A stretch of DNA of 64,000 bases. It comes from Phallusia mammillata (taxonomy: Eukaryota). Under the pieces are notes generated by a model. It had not been told where the DNA came from and ran no database searches. It saw only the letters and a program-made list of their open reading frames with translations. The stretch covers positions 15,252,001-15,316,000 of the forward strand of contig OZ281494.1 in assembly GCA_965637545.1 (NCBI GenBank), given 5' to 3'. Made by a program: the position numbers and the translations under genes. This document shows, piece after piece, positions 12,401 to 24,700 of the stretch (positions within the stretch are counted from its first letter, which is position 1; each line of letters begins with the position of its first letter).

Positions 12401-15400
12401 TGAACAAATTAATGGCCAAACTTGTCGAGCAAAGGACATTGCAAAACTATTTTCATCATTTCCAATAAGCACAAACTGAACTGGTTTCCTAGAATAAGTA
12501 AGTTTATAAAAAAATGTCCTTTTTGACAGTGAATATACTAAAGCGTACAACACGCAAAAAATGCCTGAAACCTAAAACAGGGAGGGGTAAGCGAATGTGT
12601 GTCAGACGCAAGCCAAAAGAGGAAAAATCGATATCCAATAATCGACGGGAAGCATCTCAAACGCAAGGGAGTAAAGAGAAGCGGCGTGCTCGGGCTCGTA
12701 GCCGGACGAACAACGGTATACATCATACTGTACCTGGTTGGGATGTGGTTGCTAAACTGCACAGCCGCTTTAATCACAGGACGGCCGTGCTGTCTCAAAT
12801 AGCGGCACAGTTGACAAGACATGTTGGCAGGAGAAAGTGTGTGGGTGTGTGAGAGGCGTGTCTGCAGCCCGTTACACGGCGTAAGACGAAAATGGGAAGG
12901 TCTTGCCGCATGCAGCTTTGATGTGTGCCGAAAGCGGTTTAGCATTTGTTAGTGCTATGACTACGTTTGCAAGCAATTTATTGGGTAACGAAACGGTTGA
13001 GTTTTGAAACATCTGCTTGCTTAAAATCTGAAACCTAATGCATTCACAAAAAGGCGTAGAGACCGTTTGCCCTTTATTTCACAACGTGCCTGGCATATTT
13101 CAGTTTGCCACAGATTAAATCAAATTGTTAGGGGGTTGTGTTAATTGTGTTATTTCAAAAATCGATTCAACACCTACCACTTTGTCCTGGATTCGGTAAG
13201 CGTAGAGTCGGTACTCGGAATGCATAACATTTTCGTAGATAGCCACTTTGCTGTATCCTGCTCCGAGGTAAGGCGTCCACCCCACTTCGCCTCTGATCAT
13301 CACAGTGGCCTCCACACGCACAATCGGACGCTCGCTGCAACCGAAAAAAACTTTATTACATGGAGTTGTTGCCGTTTTTTAATATCCCATGGCGCACAAA
13401 GTGGACTTTTGTACGGCACATTAATTGAAATCAAGAGAGTACATGTTCGTGTTCAAGACATACGCAGTTAGTCACACGTTTTTATGCAGATTCCGAGCAC
13501 GTTTTTGTGGCGAATACTTTCAACAAAACTTATATGCAACAGCTAAAAACGTTCATTATTGTTGGTTTCTTTACAATAATTTCCATGAATTTTTCAAAGT
13601 TATTAATACCGACGGCATACGATGTTCGAATTTTGCTTTGTATAGTAACACCGGTCAAAATGTATAAATAAAGTCCATGATCTACAAAATCAATGCGTTT
13701 TTCTTATTCCAGATATTCATACATTCTGAGAAAACGTACAAAATAACCTTTTCTCGCTATTTCTGTGCTATTTTTGCGACAATTTTTACGTGCAAGTATA
13801 TCGACCCAATCAGACACAATTCCAAGATTCGATCGAGAAAACGCTACAGACAAAAATGCAAAACATAATTGCCATCGACACATCTGCGTCATAACGCGAT
13901 CAATCGATCTGGTTCGTCGTGATGTAAGCCCGGAATATTCGTAGGCGACAAGCTGTGATCTGGTACACCTGTTCACAATATCATCATCAAAATACACTTA
14001 TGTTGTAAATGCGTCCTAAGCTAATAAAGCTCCTTGGGGCACGTTACATATGGCGCAATGATTGGGCTAAATGTGATAACTATACAGCCTAACAGATAGG
14101 AATTGGGCAGTACTATATGCAAAGCATAAAGGATGTTCCTCTTTTCCTCGCTTCGTATGGCTTCGACCAGTTTCGTATTTTCCAAGAAGCGTTGTGCGAA
14201 ATTGGGCTAGAGTGTGGTGCCATCGAGATTAGAAAGAAGGAGAACTGGTCCCGTTGGCCGGAAAGTAATTTTTGTGGGCTTCGAGAGTCGTTATGTTGCC
14301 GCGCCGCCGCCCCAAAGTGATCGGCAACACCGCTGAATTCCCTTTGCGGCGGTGCCATATTTGGGCGGGGTAAACGGATGAACTTGAAGATAAGGAAAAC
14401 TTTCCTAAAGATCTCAAATGGATGTCGCGATATAGAAATAACAACACGATAAGCTATTAAAATAGTTTGGAAGGAACATGTATCTGTCTATTAGTTCGGT
14501 ATGTGCTGCTTGGCAAAACAAAAACGAGATATTTTTAGTAAGCATTGGCTGATGAATACTGTGCTATTTAGGAACATTGGTTTAACAAACTCATGAGCAT
14601 AAGGTAACAAATGCATGAACCATGGTGCATAAGTTCATGACATAAACTTGTAGGACAATGCCTTTCTAAAAACCGACCACATGAGTCGACAAACAAGAAC
14701 ACATACAACAGGGACATTGCAGCAACTCGGTAGCTAAATGACCTCCAGTGTGTGGTAGTGGTAGTGACCTGCAGTATGTGATGGTGACCTGTATGTGGCA
14801 GTGACCTCCAGATACAAACATAAAGAACAAACAGGTTGTATACGTTTGAACTTTTGACATAAATTGCGGCGCGTAACGGAAACTACAGAAAAACGCGCAA
14901 GTACATTGTGTGCAGTTACTGACAATCACCGTGGATGGGAGTCATTAAAGTGTGACCATTGTAATGTTATTGTTTCTTCATGTAATGTTTTGAGTAAGGT
15001 CGTGGGGTGATTTGAGGCATGGGTTACGACATGAACAGTGCTTATATACAACGTTTTTGCGCCAGTACAACGACACCAACCCAACAGCAATACATTTTTG
15101 TTTTGATGCAATCCAATGTTTTGAAATAACGGAAACATAATTATATTTTGGCCAAACTTTCACCCGCCTTTGACAACTAATTAAATACAAACAAAATACT
15201 ATGATGACTGAAAACCGCTCAGTTGCAAGAGTTACATTTGTAGTCAAAACTTATTTCAACACATTTTACTGTTTCATTGTGTGTACTGATTATATCTTCT
15301 ACATTTATTTACAATTCACCACAGCATAAAAACCAGACGATCTTGAAAAAATTTAGCGGTTACAATAGCGTAAACACAAAAGGTATTTTATACAGCACCA

Positions 15401-18400
15401 CAGTAGCCACAATTCTTCAAGGTTCAATAGCGTCTTGCTTAATATAAAGAAGTCAAAATATCTGTTATGGAAACACGATACGCTTGTCTGGTTTTTAGGA
15501 GAAACTTATACAAGGTCAACGAAGCAGATATCCTCCAGATCCAGCTTATTTAACGCTATTGTCAATTCGCACAATGCCGACGCATTCCGTGTTTAAAGGA
15601 AAAGAGAAGAAGAAGGTCTCGCAGATACACAACAAACCACCTGCTTTTTGGAAAAAACCGGCATTGCCAAACACGATTTTTTGCTCCAGTCATAGACAAC
15701 AACTAAACGCAAAGGTAGAAATCGCCAAATACCACTTGACGATAGACATACGAGCTTTACATACACAATATTATCTCCAAAATCCATTTCAAAAATGGCA
15801 GTTATGTTCAAGCCCAGTGTATTGTACTTGAAAAAAACGAGGCCAAAACGGTTACTAACATGCGCATTGTTTTGCGGTTGATAAAAAATAGTTTTGTTGT
15901 GGTTGTTCGTTTCATATTGCACCACATAAAAAAAAGTGTAACTGACTTTTGGAAAATATCAAACTTCGTAGAATCGCATTTGACATCTAACATGAATATA
16001 TCTAACATGAAAAATTTTAGAAATTAGAAATAGACCTTATACTTAGGGATGTCCATTTCAGAATCCTTTACAATCGGTTCCAAATGTGAACCGGGTCCAA
16101 ATTATAATGGTCATAATAATGTATTTTCAAAAATATTCTGTAACATTTCCAATGTAATTTTTTACAGTTTTTATGAAATTCCTCCCCTAAACTCATAAAA
16201 TTCCTCCCTAGGGAGGAATTCCTCCCTGGTTGGGAACCACTGATCTATAGGCAAACAAAAAAGCAAAAGCTCTACGCAAAGCAAACTACCAAAGATGGCT
16301 CTTTGTAAAGCGACAGGTGAGTTTGGTTATTGCTTTTCATCAGCACTCAGGTCGAATGACTAAGCGAAATAGAAAAGCTGTACGTCATAAGAAATGACAC
16401 ACCTTGATCGGTTCCGCCATGCTGACAGCGGGTCGCCACGGAATTCCGACTTGGCACGGAAGCAGAACGTTTACATAGTGCCCAGGTTTTGTTCAAATTT
16501 ATTGGCAGTAACATTTCATAAAATCTTTAAAGATGTAGGTTTTCGGATAACTGTCAAGTTTACTCGGTTAGGTAAACGAAACGGAACAATTCTATTCACG
16601 TAATAGGTAATCGCAATATGGGCAGCAACCATGTAAAGAACGATGGGGACTAAAAAATTTTGCCATCAATCTCGGGGTAAAAATAGAATGTTAGGACAGA
16701 TTGAAATAATTTTATTTATCAAAATCAAATCAATGTCAATCTATGCTACTAAAATGAAATACACCCGGAAAAAAACGCCACACCGTAATAACGAAATTAG
16801 CTTCCTTAACCTTGATTCTTTACTATGTTAATGTTGTTAACCTATGTCGGGCTTTGTGTTTTAAACGAGAGTCGGTGTTTTATGATGTATGATGAGTTAC
16901 AATAAATGCATTTGGAGTTGCTGTAACTGAGAAAATACAAGAAAGCAGGCTCAAAATAAGAACATTTCTCAGACAAAGGGTATGCCAAGCCTGAAAATTG
17001 TACACAACAAGAAGGAACCTGTTAAAATAGGAGGTGTAAAATAATGGAACGAGTTTAAAGAAGCTTACTAACCGTTGTTCAAGTACTTTTAGCAAATAGT
17101 GGCGAACTATCGACCAAAGTGCAACCGCCGTAACTTACGCTACATCCGCACGTAAACGTTAAGCCAACAGTCGTTAAAAACCACGACCGGAGATGGTTAA
17201 GCACTGAGAAATGGAGTTTCTGGCCCAGCCCAACAACGGGTGTAAGGGATGGCGCAACAGACCATCGATATGTCTGTGAAAATCGGGGACCCTGGCCACA
17301 GTCATAGCCAACACAAACATATCGAGTTTAAAATCTAGCACGCACGGTTCACGGCTCAACAGGCAACAAAAGTGGCTGGTATTTGTGTAGGTTGAATACG
17401 AGCAAATTAATTTAATTAAAACGGTGACATCGGACTTCGGCGAAATGTGGAAGTGCTATGGAATCGATGGCTGAAATTAAACTTATCAATGGTTTCCTGA
17501 TGAAACTCCATAATACAGGTTACATACTGTGAGTTCGAGTCCTAGTCCTACATTTACCTCTAGTACCAAAACAAAATAAAGAAAACTCGCATACATGCCA
17601 ACATTTTACCACCGAAGATTTATTACATTTTCGGAACTTGGATTCGACTTTCATTTAGCCACAGTCCCACTGTAAAAAATTGTATGTCACAGGTAAGTCC
17701 CTGGCGCACGGGCGAAGCTCGGGTCGACATTCGTTGAGCAAACACATTTCTTGTTAAAGAGGGGAAGTCGTTGAGTCCGCACAAATATTAGCAAACGGTA
17801 AACACACGGATATGCATGCGAGTCAGACCCGATGCCGAAAACCGACTGGCAAACGATTCGCCTGTTTGGACAGCTATGTCCGTTTTCGGGGTAAGGGACG
17901 TTGATTTACGGTACACGGGGTATACTGAGGGCCATAATCGTGTCCACCGTTATGGGAATTTTGTTAAGCAGATGGCGGGCTTGATTGTACAATATCGGTA
18001 ACACAATATAGACGTATTCTAGTTAAACGTAAGTTACTATTGGCGCGACTGGACAAAACAACATTGAAACCTTAGGACAAGTTTAAAAGTCGTTGGAACC
18101 AAGAATATATTTGACGACTGATATTCAAACCAATCGTCTTATTAAAAAAACACGTATATAAGCTTGCTGAATTATTGTCACAACTTTGCTTGCGTACGAT
18201 AAAAACTGGCCTGTAAACTGGTGAGAGGATGTTGCAATATTACTATATTTGCATGCTAATGATCAAAACAGAAAACAGTTTGACAAATTAAAAGCAGAAC
18301 TGAAAGCCAGTCAAAGCAAGGCAGTCCATACCGAAATACAAATATTGTTTGGTTGCAAAGTAACCGGTGCCAAAAATAGGAAAAACAGGTTTAAAAACTT

Positions 18401-21400
18401 ACTTTTCTTTATTCTCATGTAGTATAATATGTCGTTTTACTTGCAATTGGCTGAGCACCAAAATCTGACTAAGAAAAACAGGCACTGCGCATTTTCGTAA
18501 GAAATCAAGTTTCGAACATCTGTATGGCTTAGTTGCTATAACCATTTTTTGAAACTCGCTTTTGTTTTACGTTGCTACAAAACAAAAAAGACTTTAAAAC
18601 TGCTTGACCGAAGATGTCATTATATTTCGGTTATTGACAGATTTCTTTGAAATTCAATTAGTATTTGTATCAATTTGGGACTAACCCAATTTCGCTTCAG
18701 AGTGAATTGATTGGTAAGGCTTTTTAGATGTCTTCCGAAAAAGCCCATAAAACGTCTTTAAACACGAAATACCTAAAATATATCACCAGACGGAAAGCTT
18801 TATTTTGCAGAAATACTCAATTCACCGTCCTTTTATCTCGAATATCATACGATTGGTGAATATGGCAACTTAGTACAGAAAGTTACTTAACCACACACAA
18901 CTCAAAACGTAAACCCTAATAGTATCGTGCTTGCTGGCCCTGTTGTAGCTAAACGAGGTATTACCCGAAGAATCAAGTAAATTTAAACCTCAACAGGGTT
19001 AACACAAGACTTGAAAAAAGTTATTTGCACCATGGTATGTTTAATGTGCTGGGACAAAAACTATCTTAAAATCGTTAGAGTCCTTAGAACTTAAACGAAA
19101 ATTGTGTCTTGGATAGCGTACAACTCTATAAATATATATTACATCACCCAAAAACAGGTTAAGATAACAAAAAAGTACAGACCTTTCGCAAAGGTTGATC
19201 TCGGTTAAAAACAAGCCACCACATCGACATTAGTGATCGTGTAGGTTAGGCTTAGCTGCATATAAGGTGACATATTGCGAAGACTTTACAACATCCGGCG
19301 TCGGGGGTAAACTTTAGAAGCTAAAGAGCAAGGGGCAAACCGGTATTCCTGAAATGCGATAAGCCGCAAAAGTCGAATCTTCCGGGCGTAAGAAGATAAT
19401 GTCGCACTGGAGTGACTAGACAAAGTAAGTTTTTTGTGATATTTATATTGCGGTGTAACGGATTTATCACATGTTAGGTTCGTTCCGATCTCAGGAATAC
19501 ATTTATAACTGACACGAATATGGCTGTACGTTTTTTTGAAATTGCACTGATGGTATTGATATGCGATACAATGGAGTTCACAAAAATCAAAACCATTAGG
19601 GTATTTTAAAATAAAATCAAAGTCCCCTGAAGAAATTTCTCATGAAAACGATATTCGTGCTGACTCAATTCAACAACGAATATCGTTTTCATGAGAAAAA
19701 ATATTATTTCCAGAAAACTTCTAGAAAACGTTGCCACGTTCAGAGCGGACATGCCTTCGAAAAAATATGCCAATTTTCGTTTTTTTTCGGGACCGACATT
19801 TGGTTACAGAACAGCGTGTAATATAATCTGCATTAGCCGAGGCAGCATCGGCAGACAAACCCGAGCGCAGTCGCTGTCTTCCGCGAAATGGGAGGCTTCT
19901 GAGACTGTGTCGTGACATTAATTAGCGCAATTTAGGCGAAGAGCAAAACGAGACCATTTGTCACTCCACCAATATTGTGCATCGCGGGAACCAGACAAGG
20001 CACAAAATATTTCTGAACCAAGCAAAAACATAGCCTATGGATTCAAGCTCGCCGATTTCCCACCAATATCCTCGATCAGCTGCTGATCATGCGCCACGAG
20101 CATTCGCAAATTTCTGGGCTCGAATTCGTTTTCCTGTTTGTCAACAGCGACCGTGTTTTTGTGGTAAATGTTCAGCGGGAAACCGACATCGAGCTGTACG
20201 AAGTGTCAACAACAATTTCCTGTGCTGTCACATTCGCACCGCCGGGCCTTGCAGCGCAGAAGCGAAGTTGAACAACCGTGGACAGCGACTGCGCCTGCAG
20301 CAGTGGCCCGTTATGAAAGAGATCGTTTCCCGCCTCGCTTCTGCACACACGCACGCGCCGAGCAGCATCTCCCGCTCGCAACTATTTTCCCTCGTAACCA
20401 GCATTGCAGTGGCGCATCAGTAAAGTTGGTTTCATGCAACAATACAGGGAACAATGTCACCATACTGGTGTAGTACGGCACCCACGTTAAACGTTTTGGT
20501 CGAGGAAGCGAAGGCTGGAACTGCAGGATGGTTTACTTGGCCGGGCAAAATAAATTAATACGAGCATGGATAAGTGCGACAACCTTTACAATACAAGACA
20601 ACCGATTTGTTGGTTTGATGAATTACTTGTATGTTATTGACAACTATAAGTGTTCTAGACTTTATGTAACCTTTCTGAAAACTTAAAATGTTTCCAATTT
20701 CGACATTTACTGCATAAAACCAGTGTTTGGTCGAGCAGCCAAACATTAAGAATCACTAAAGGTGCACCTTTTACCCAAAATCATCGAATAACTTTCAATA
20801 AAAAAACGACAACAACTTAGTTAAGCACTAATGTTAGTCAAATGCGTTATTTTATCAGCAAATGCTTATGTTGGAGCATTGGCACGTCCCGTCGGCAAAA
20901 TAGATTAAATTTCTCATGCCAAGAACAGGGGAAACTGCGCAATAACTGTAAGGATGTGAGTGTACAAGCCAGTGGTCCCTTTGTATACAGTTCATCTGGT
21001 GCCGGGGGCGACAAGGCATCATTCCCACGTTCTACTCAACTTATTACACGAAAGATTATCTCACAGCGAGCGTGTGCTGATTGCAAACACGATTCTGTGA
21101 TACGGGACAAGGAAGGGAGGGCGTCGGCCAGCGGAAAACCGACAGGAACTGGCCGATGAGGAGTGCTTAGTCTTGTTTAGCAATTGTGGTTGCCAACGGT
21201 GACGCACCCAACGAGCGATAAACTGGGTGTAAGTGTGTGAAGTATTTTCGAAGACTGATGACTTTATTTCAGCACCCAAGAATACCGGCACCAAACAACA
21301 CAGTAACTTGAAACTGATCTTAAAATTTAGTTGCTGAAACCACGATTCAAACAAAACACTTGCCTACAACGGCATCATAAAACAGGCATTTAAAGTTTCA

Positions 21401-21774
21401 TCTAAAACCCTACCGACGTTGCGTTATAACACATGTAGAGTAACTTGCAATGATGCAAAAATACACAGGCTAAATAAACTTCGTATTGCAATCGACAGAG
21501 TTGATTACAATATAAATTCAATACATTTTTTCCAACCAATGTTCGGGGGTGCGAAAGGTTTGGGTGATTAGTCATAATTCGTTATGTATTTTAGTCCTTT
21601 ATTATGGCATCCCAATTCCTTTAGCACTCACACACTACTTTACACGAACGGATGACAAATATTTGACATCGCTGGCACAAAAATCATTGATGGTTTAACA
21701 AATCAAACAAACGCAACTTACTTCCATTCTATTCTTAAAGCCTCGTTGGCTCTGCTGTCCATTGTACCAGCATG
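3419..21774 (-). CDS. SPRED: Sprouty-related EVH1-domain protein (SPRED), ~582 aa
   Basis: Exons (-): 21774-21722 (MLGTMDSRANEALRIEW, GTAAGT donor, in-frame stop upstream; least certain), 13334-13178, 10358-10190, 5373-5318, 4849-4427, 4309-3419. All phases join (1749 nt). EVH1: VRVEATVMIRGEVGWTP...[29 protein letters not shown]. Cys-rich SPR domain: RSKCRYCQTMFNHDKNRPGSC...PCLCLYPLLKSCHKCGVWCHCCGGRH. Confidence 0.9.
12365..12410. repeat. Short tandem duplication (19-bp unit, ~2.5 copies)
   Basis: ACAAATTACAAGCACG-TTT-ACAAATTACAAGCACG-TGA-ACAAATTA read directly. Confidence 0.7.
16199..16242. mobile_element. hAT/Charlie-type right TIR remnant with adjacent palindrome
   Basis: GGTTGGGAACCACTG (16228-16242) is the reverse complement of CAGTGGTTCCCAACC and is followed by ATCTATAG. 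It is preceded by three AATTCCTCCC motifs, including the perfect 22-bp palindrome AATTCCTCCCTAGGGAGGAATT (16199-16220). No left TIR found. Confidence 0.45.
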
Positions 21775-24700
21775 GCACGCGAGGAAACGCTGTTCGTTGA
21801 AATTCCTTGCTACCTCGCAGACCTTTGCTTCATTGTACGGAGACTTGTAAGCAGTTTGTGTAGCGATATTCCAATTTCTGTACCCCAATCAATTGATTAG
21901 CTGTCTGTTGAAGCTCCTGTGTTTATCCAAAGTCCATCTATACTCAAGCAGCTTGTCCTACTCGGGCGACCAACGGCAAGCTTTGTAATGCGACAGCTAA
22001 TAGACCTAATGCTACTACTGCTGAAAAGAAAACACTTCATTCATGAAAAATGACAGGTTTAAAACAAAGTGTGGTAAACAAGCAACTAGAACAGCAGTAG
22101 CACTGTATTTCATACCGTACATACAATAACCATAACCTATCGCACGGTTGTGGAACATTCAAATAAACGACCCGCAGATGGTTTCAATGTTCCACGACCT
22201 GTACCTAACGTAACTGTCAGTTAACCTGAATCGACCTATAGAGTCGTTTTTAGAAACATACCTAGAATACTCGCTTGGACAGTTGGACTAAAGAAATGTC
22301 CACAAGGCTGTACACCAGCCCTAAATATTCAACAAAACTGTGCTAAGCGTCAATCCCAGATGCCTGACTTGCTGACAGCTCAGTTATGGGAATTGAGCAA
22401 GTCTGTGCGACGTAACTACACAGTTACAGACAAGCAGCCATTTTCCGACGCACTCGGCATTATTGACAGTCGGCCAACTAGAGAGAAAGCAAGCACGCTT
22501 TCATTCATAAATTTAGACACTGGGGAGTTTTCTGGCGAGCTGACTGACCGAAGATGCGCGCGCTGTTGTTTTTGCACATTACACTTGTCCTACACGTCAT
22601 ACTGCCACGAGCATGCCTGGCTGAATAAGGAGCTTTGGTTTACCAGACACAATACGTGGCAAATTATTCGCAATTTTATACTATTAATCTGAAGTCGTAA
22701 CAACGCAGATTGAACAACACAAAATGATGGTTTTCAAACCGTCCAATAAAACCTGCAATACTCAAGCTAACAACTTGACTAAGCAACAACATAAGAAAAG
22801 GTAGTGTTTTGTTTATAATGAACTCTTTTGTTTATTGCATTTATACTGAATCTACTCTAACTCGCTACAACTGGATGTCAGTAGCAGCGTGGCTCATCGG
22901 CGGTATATCGCCTAATAACAGCGCTAATAGTGAATGAGCGGCCAAGTAGAGTGTGTTTCCCTGGGGCAATGCGAAGCGGAAGCGGCACATGTGGAGTTAT
23001 GTGCTCCAGAGCGCTGCTGCGTGGGCTAAGCTGCCATTTTCGACGTCTTATCGGCAATAGGGCTCGAGCCGGGTCGCTAAATATCCGACGCGATTTAAAG
23101 ATTAGACCTGAGAGATTTGTCAGTAGCGACGCCGTCCGCGCGCACGTTTCATATCCAGTTTGTAAAGTTTTCATTCATACAGCGTTCGCCACAGCATAAA
23201 CAACAGGAGAACGGGTGCGTGAACCTACGACTAAAATGTCCCCACTCCCCACTGAAACGTTCTTACACTGCGGATGCTAAACGGGATGTCGCCTCGTGAC
23301 ATCACAATGTGTGTATTGTCCCCGTTGTTTCGATAGCGCCTCTACACTCGCCAGCACGTCACTTAACGATAATGCTAAAATGTGGAAGTTTACGCGTTAC
23401 CGCTGCTGATGCGAAAGGCGCTACTGCCTGCACGCATATGCTACAAGTCCCAGGACTAAACTGATCCAAACTCAATGCAGTTAGCTTTTCGAAGGCGCCA
23501 GCAGTTGATACATTGGGCATACACTGGTTTGTGACAAGCGATCTTGCCTAAATACAGATAATTGCTCTCGTTTTTAACAATTACTCTTGCTGTTTTAATG
23601 AATGCAAACAACTTGATGGCAATGACAGAACACGATTTAAACAGAAACAAAACTGTTTACCTTTATACCTTTTTGCTAAAAAGGAGACTATGACTAGGTA
23701 TGCAACAGGATGCGTTTTTTAAAATATATAGTCACTAGTACAGCCACCAATATCTTGACGCCTTTACTAAACAGCATAAACAGCCATTCCAAAGAAATAT
23801 GCAGAAGCAGTCAAATAATGTCAAGTGAACTAAGCCGCACTGATACCAGCTTCTTGGTAAAACTGATTTGACCCCAGAAACGAAATGATGATCGTTACGC
23901 GTTTCCATTCCACCGATGCCAACGAACAGGCGAGTCAGTCTGGCACTCTACAAAAGACCGCCGTAATTAGGGCTCTGCCGCAGTTCGACAGGAAATAAAA
24001 CCGACAATGATGGTGAGAAGCTCTGGGCCTCCAATTACACGTGCCAGGCTTAGTACGTGATCAGGAGAAAATAAGGTCTGAGGTTGTGAGTTATGAGTTT
24101 TAAAATAAGAGTCAATTGACAAAATCGCACCTGTGTCACATTTAGGTATCATTTTCATTAAATTTGTTTGGCAGGATCTAAAATACCAACATGGAAAATT
24201 GCAAAGAACACATCTATCCCGATGATGTTTACTGGAAAACCGAATAACAATACAATTTAGTTACAAATGTTGTAAAAGCCCTGTAGTACATGTAGGCGGT
24301 AAATATTGCGCTAAACAACGTTACATCAACGCTACTTAAACACGTTGAGAAAGTTAATACAACTGCTCGACTGTATGTTGTTTTACAACACAACCAAGTG
24401 TAATGTAACATAAAAAAACAAGAAAAATCGACAGGCCGGCATTAAAGTGCGACAAAAAAATAATGTAGTCACACAAATATATTGATGCTGAGTGCCCATC
24501 AACTGTCAAGCGCCATTGGATATATTAAGTTTCAGCCTAATCGCTGGGGAGTTTGACAGTCGGTCCACCGACGAACGACATACATAGGAATAAAATGAAT
24601 CCGTAGGCAAGATTATACCCAACATGACAGACGTCTGTGATCCAGTTGGTCCCAAAGCGATCACATACCGAACAATAGATACTAAATAGCGTTGTGACAA

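Noticed and set aside
16295-16322. ATGGCTCTTTGTAAAGCGACAG|GTGAGT, resembling a plus-strand first coding exon; similar strong donors at 9715 and 17693
   Set aside because: No downstream plus-strand coding exons could be built. A nested antisense transcript remains possible but is unsupported.
17530-17550. GTTCGAGTCC, a tRNA B-box-like motif
   Set aside because: No cloverleaf, A-box or acceptor stem around it.
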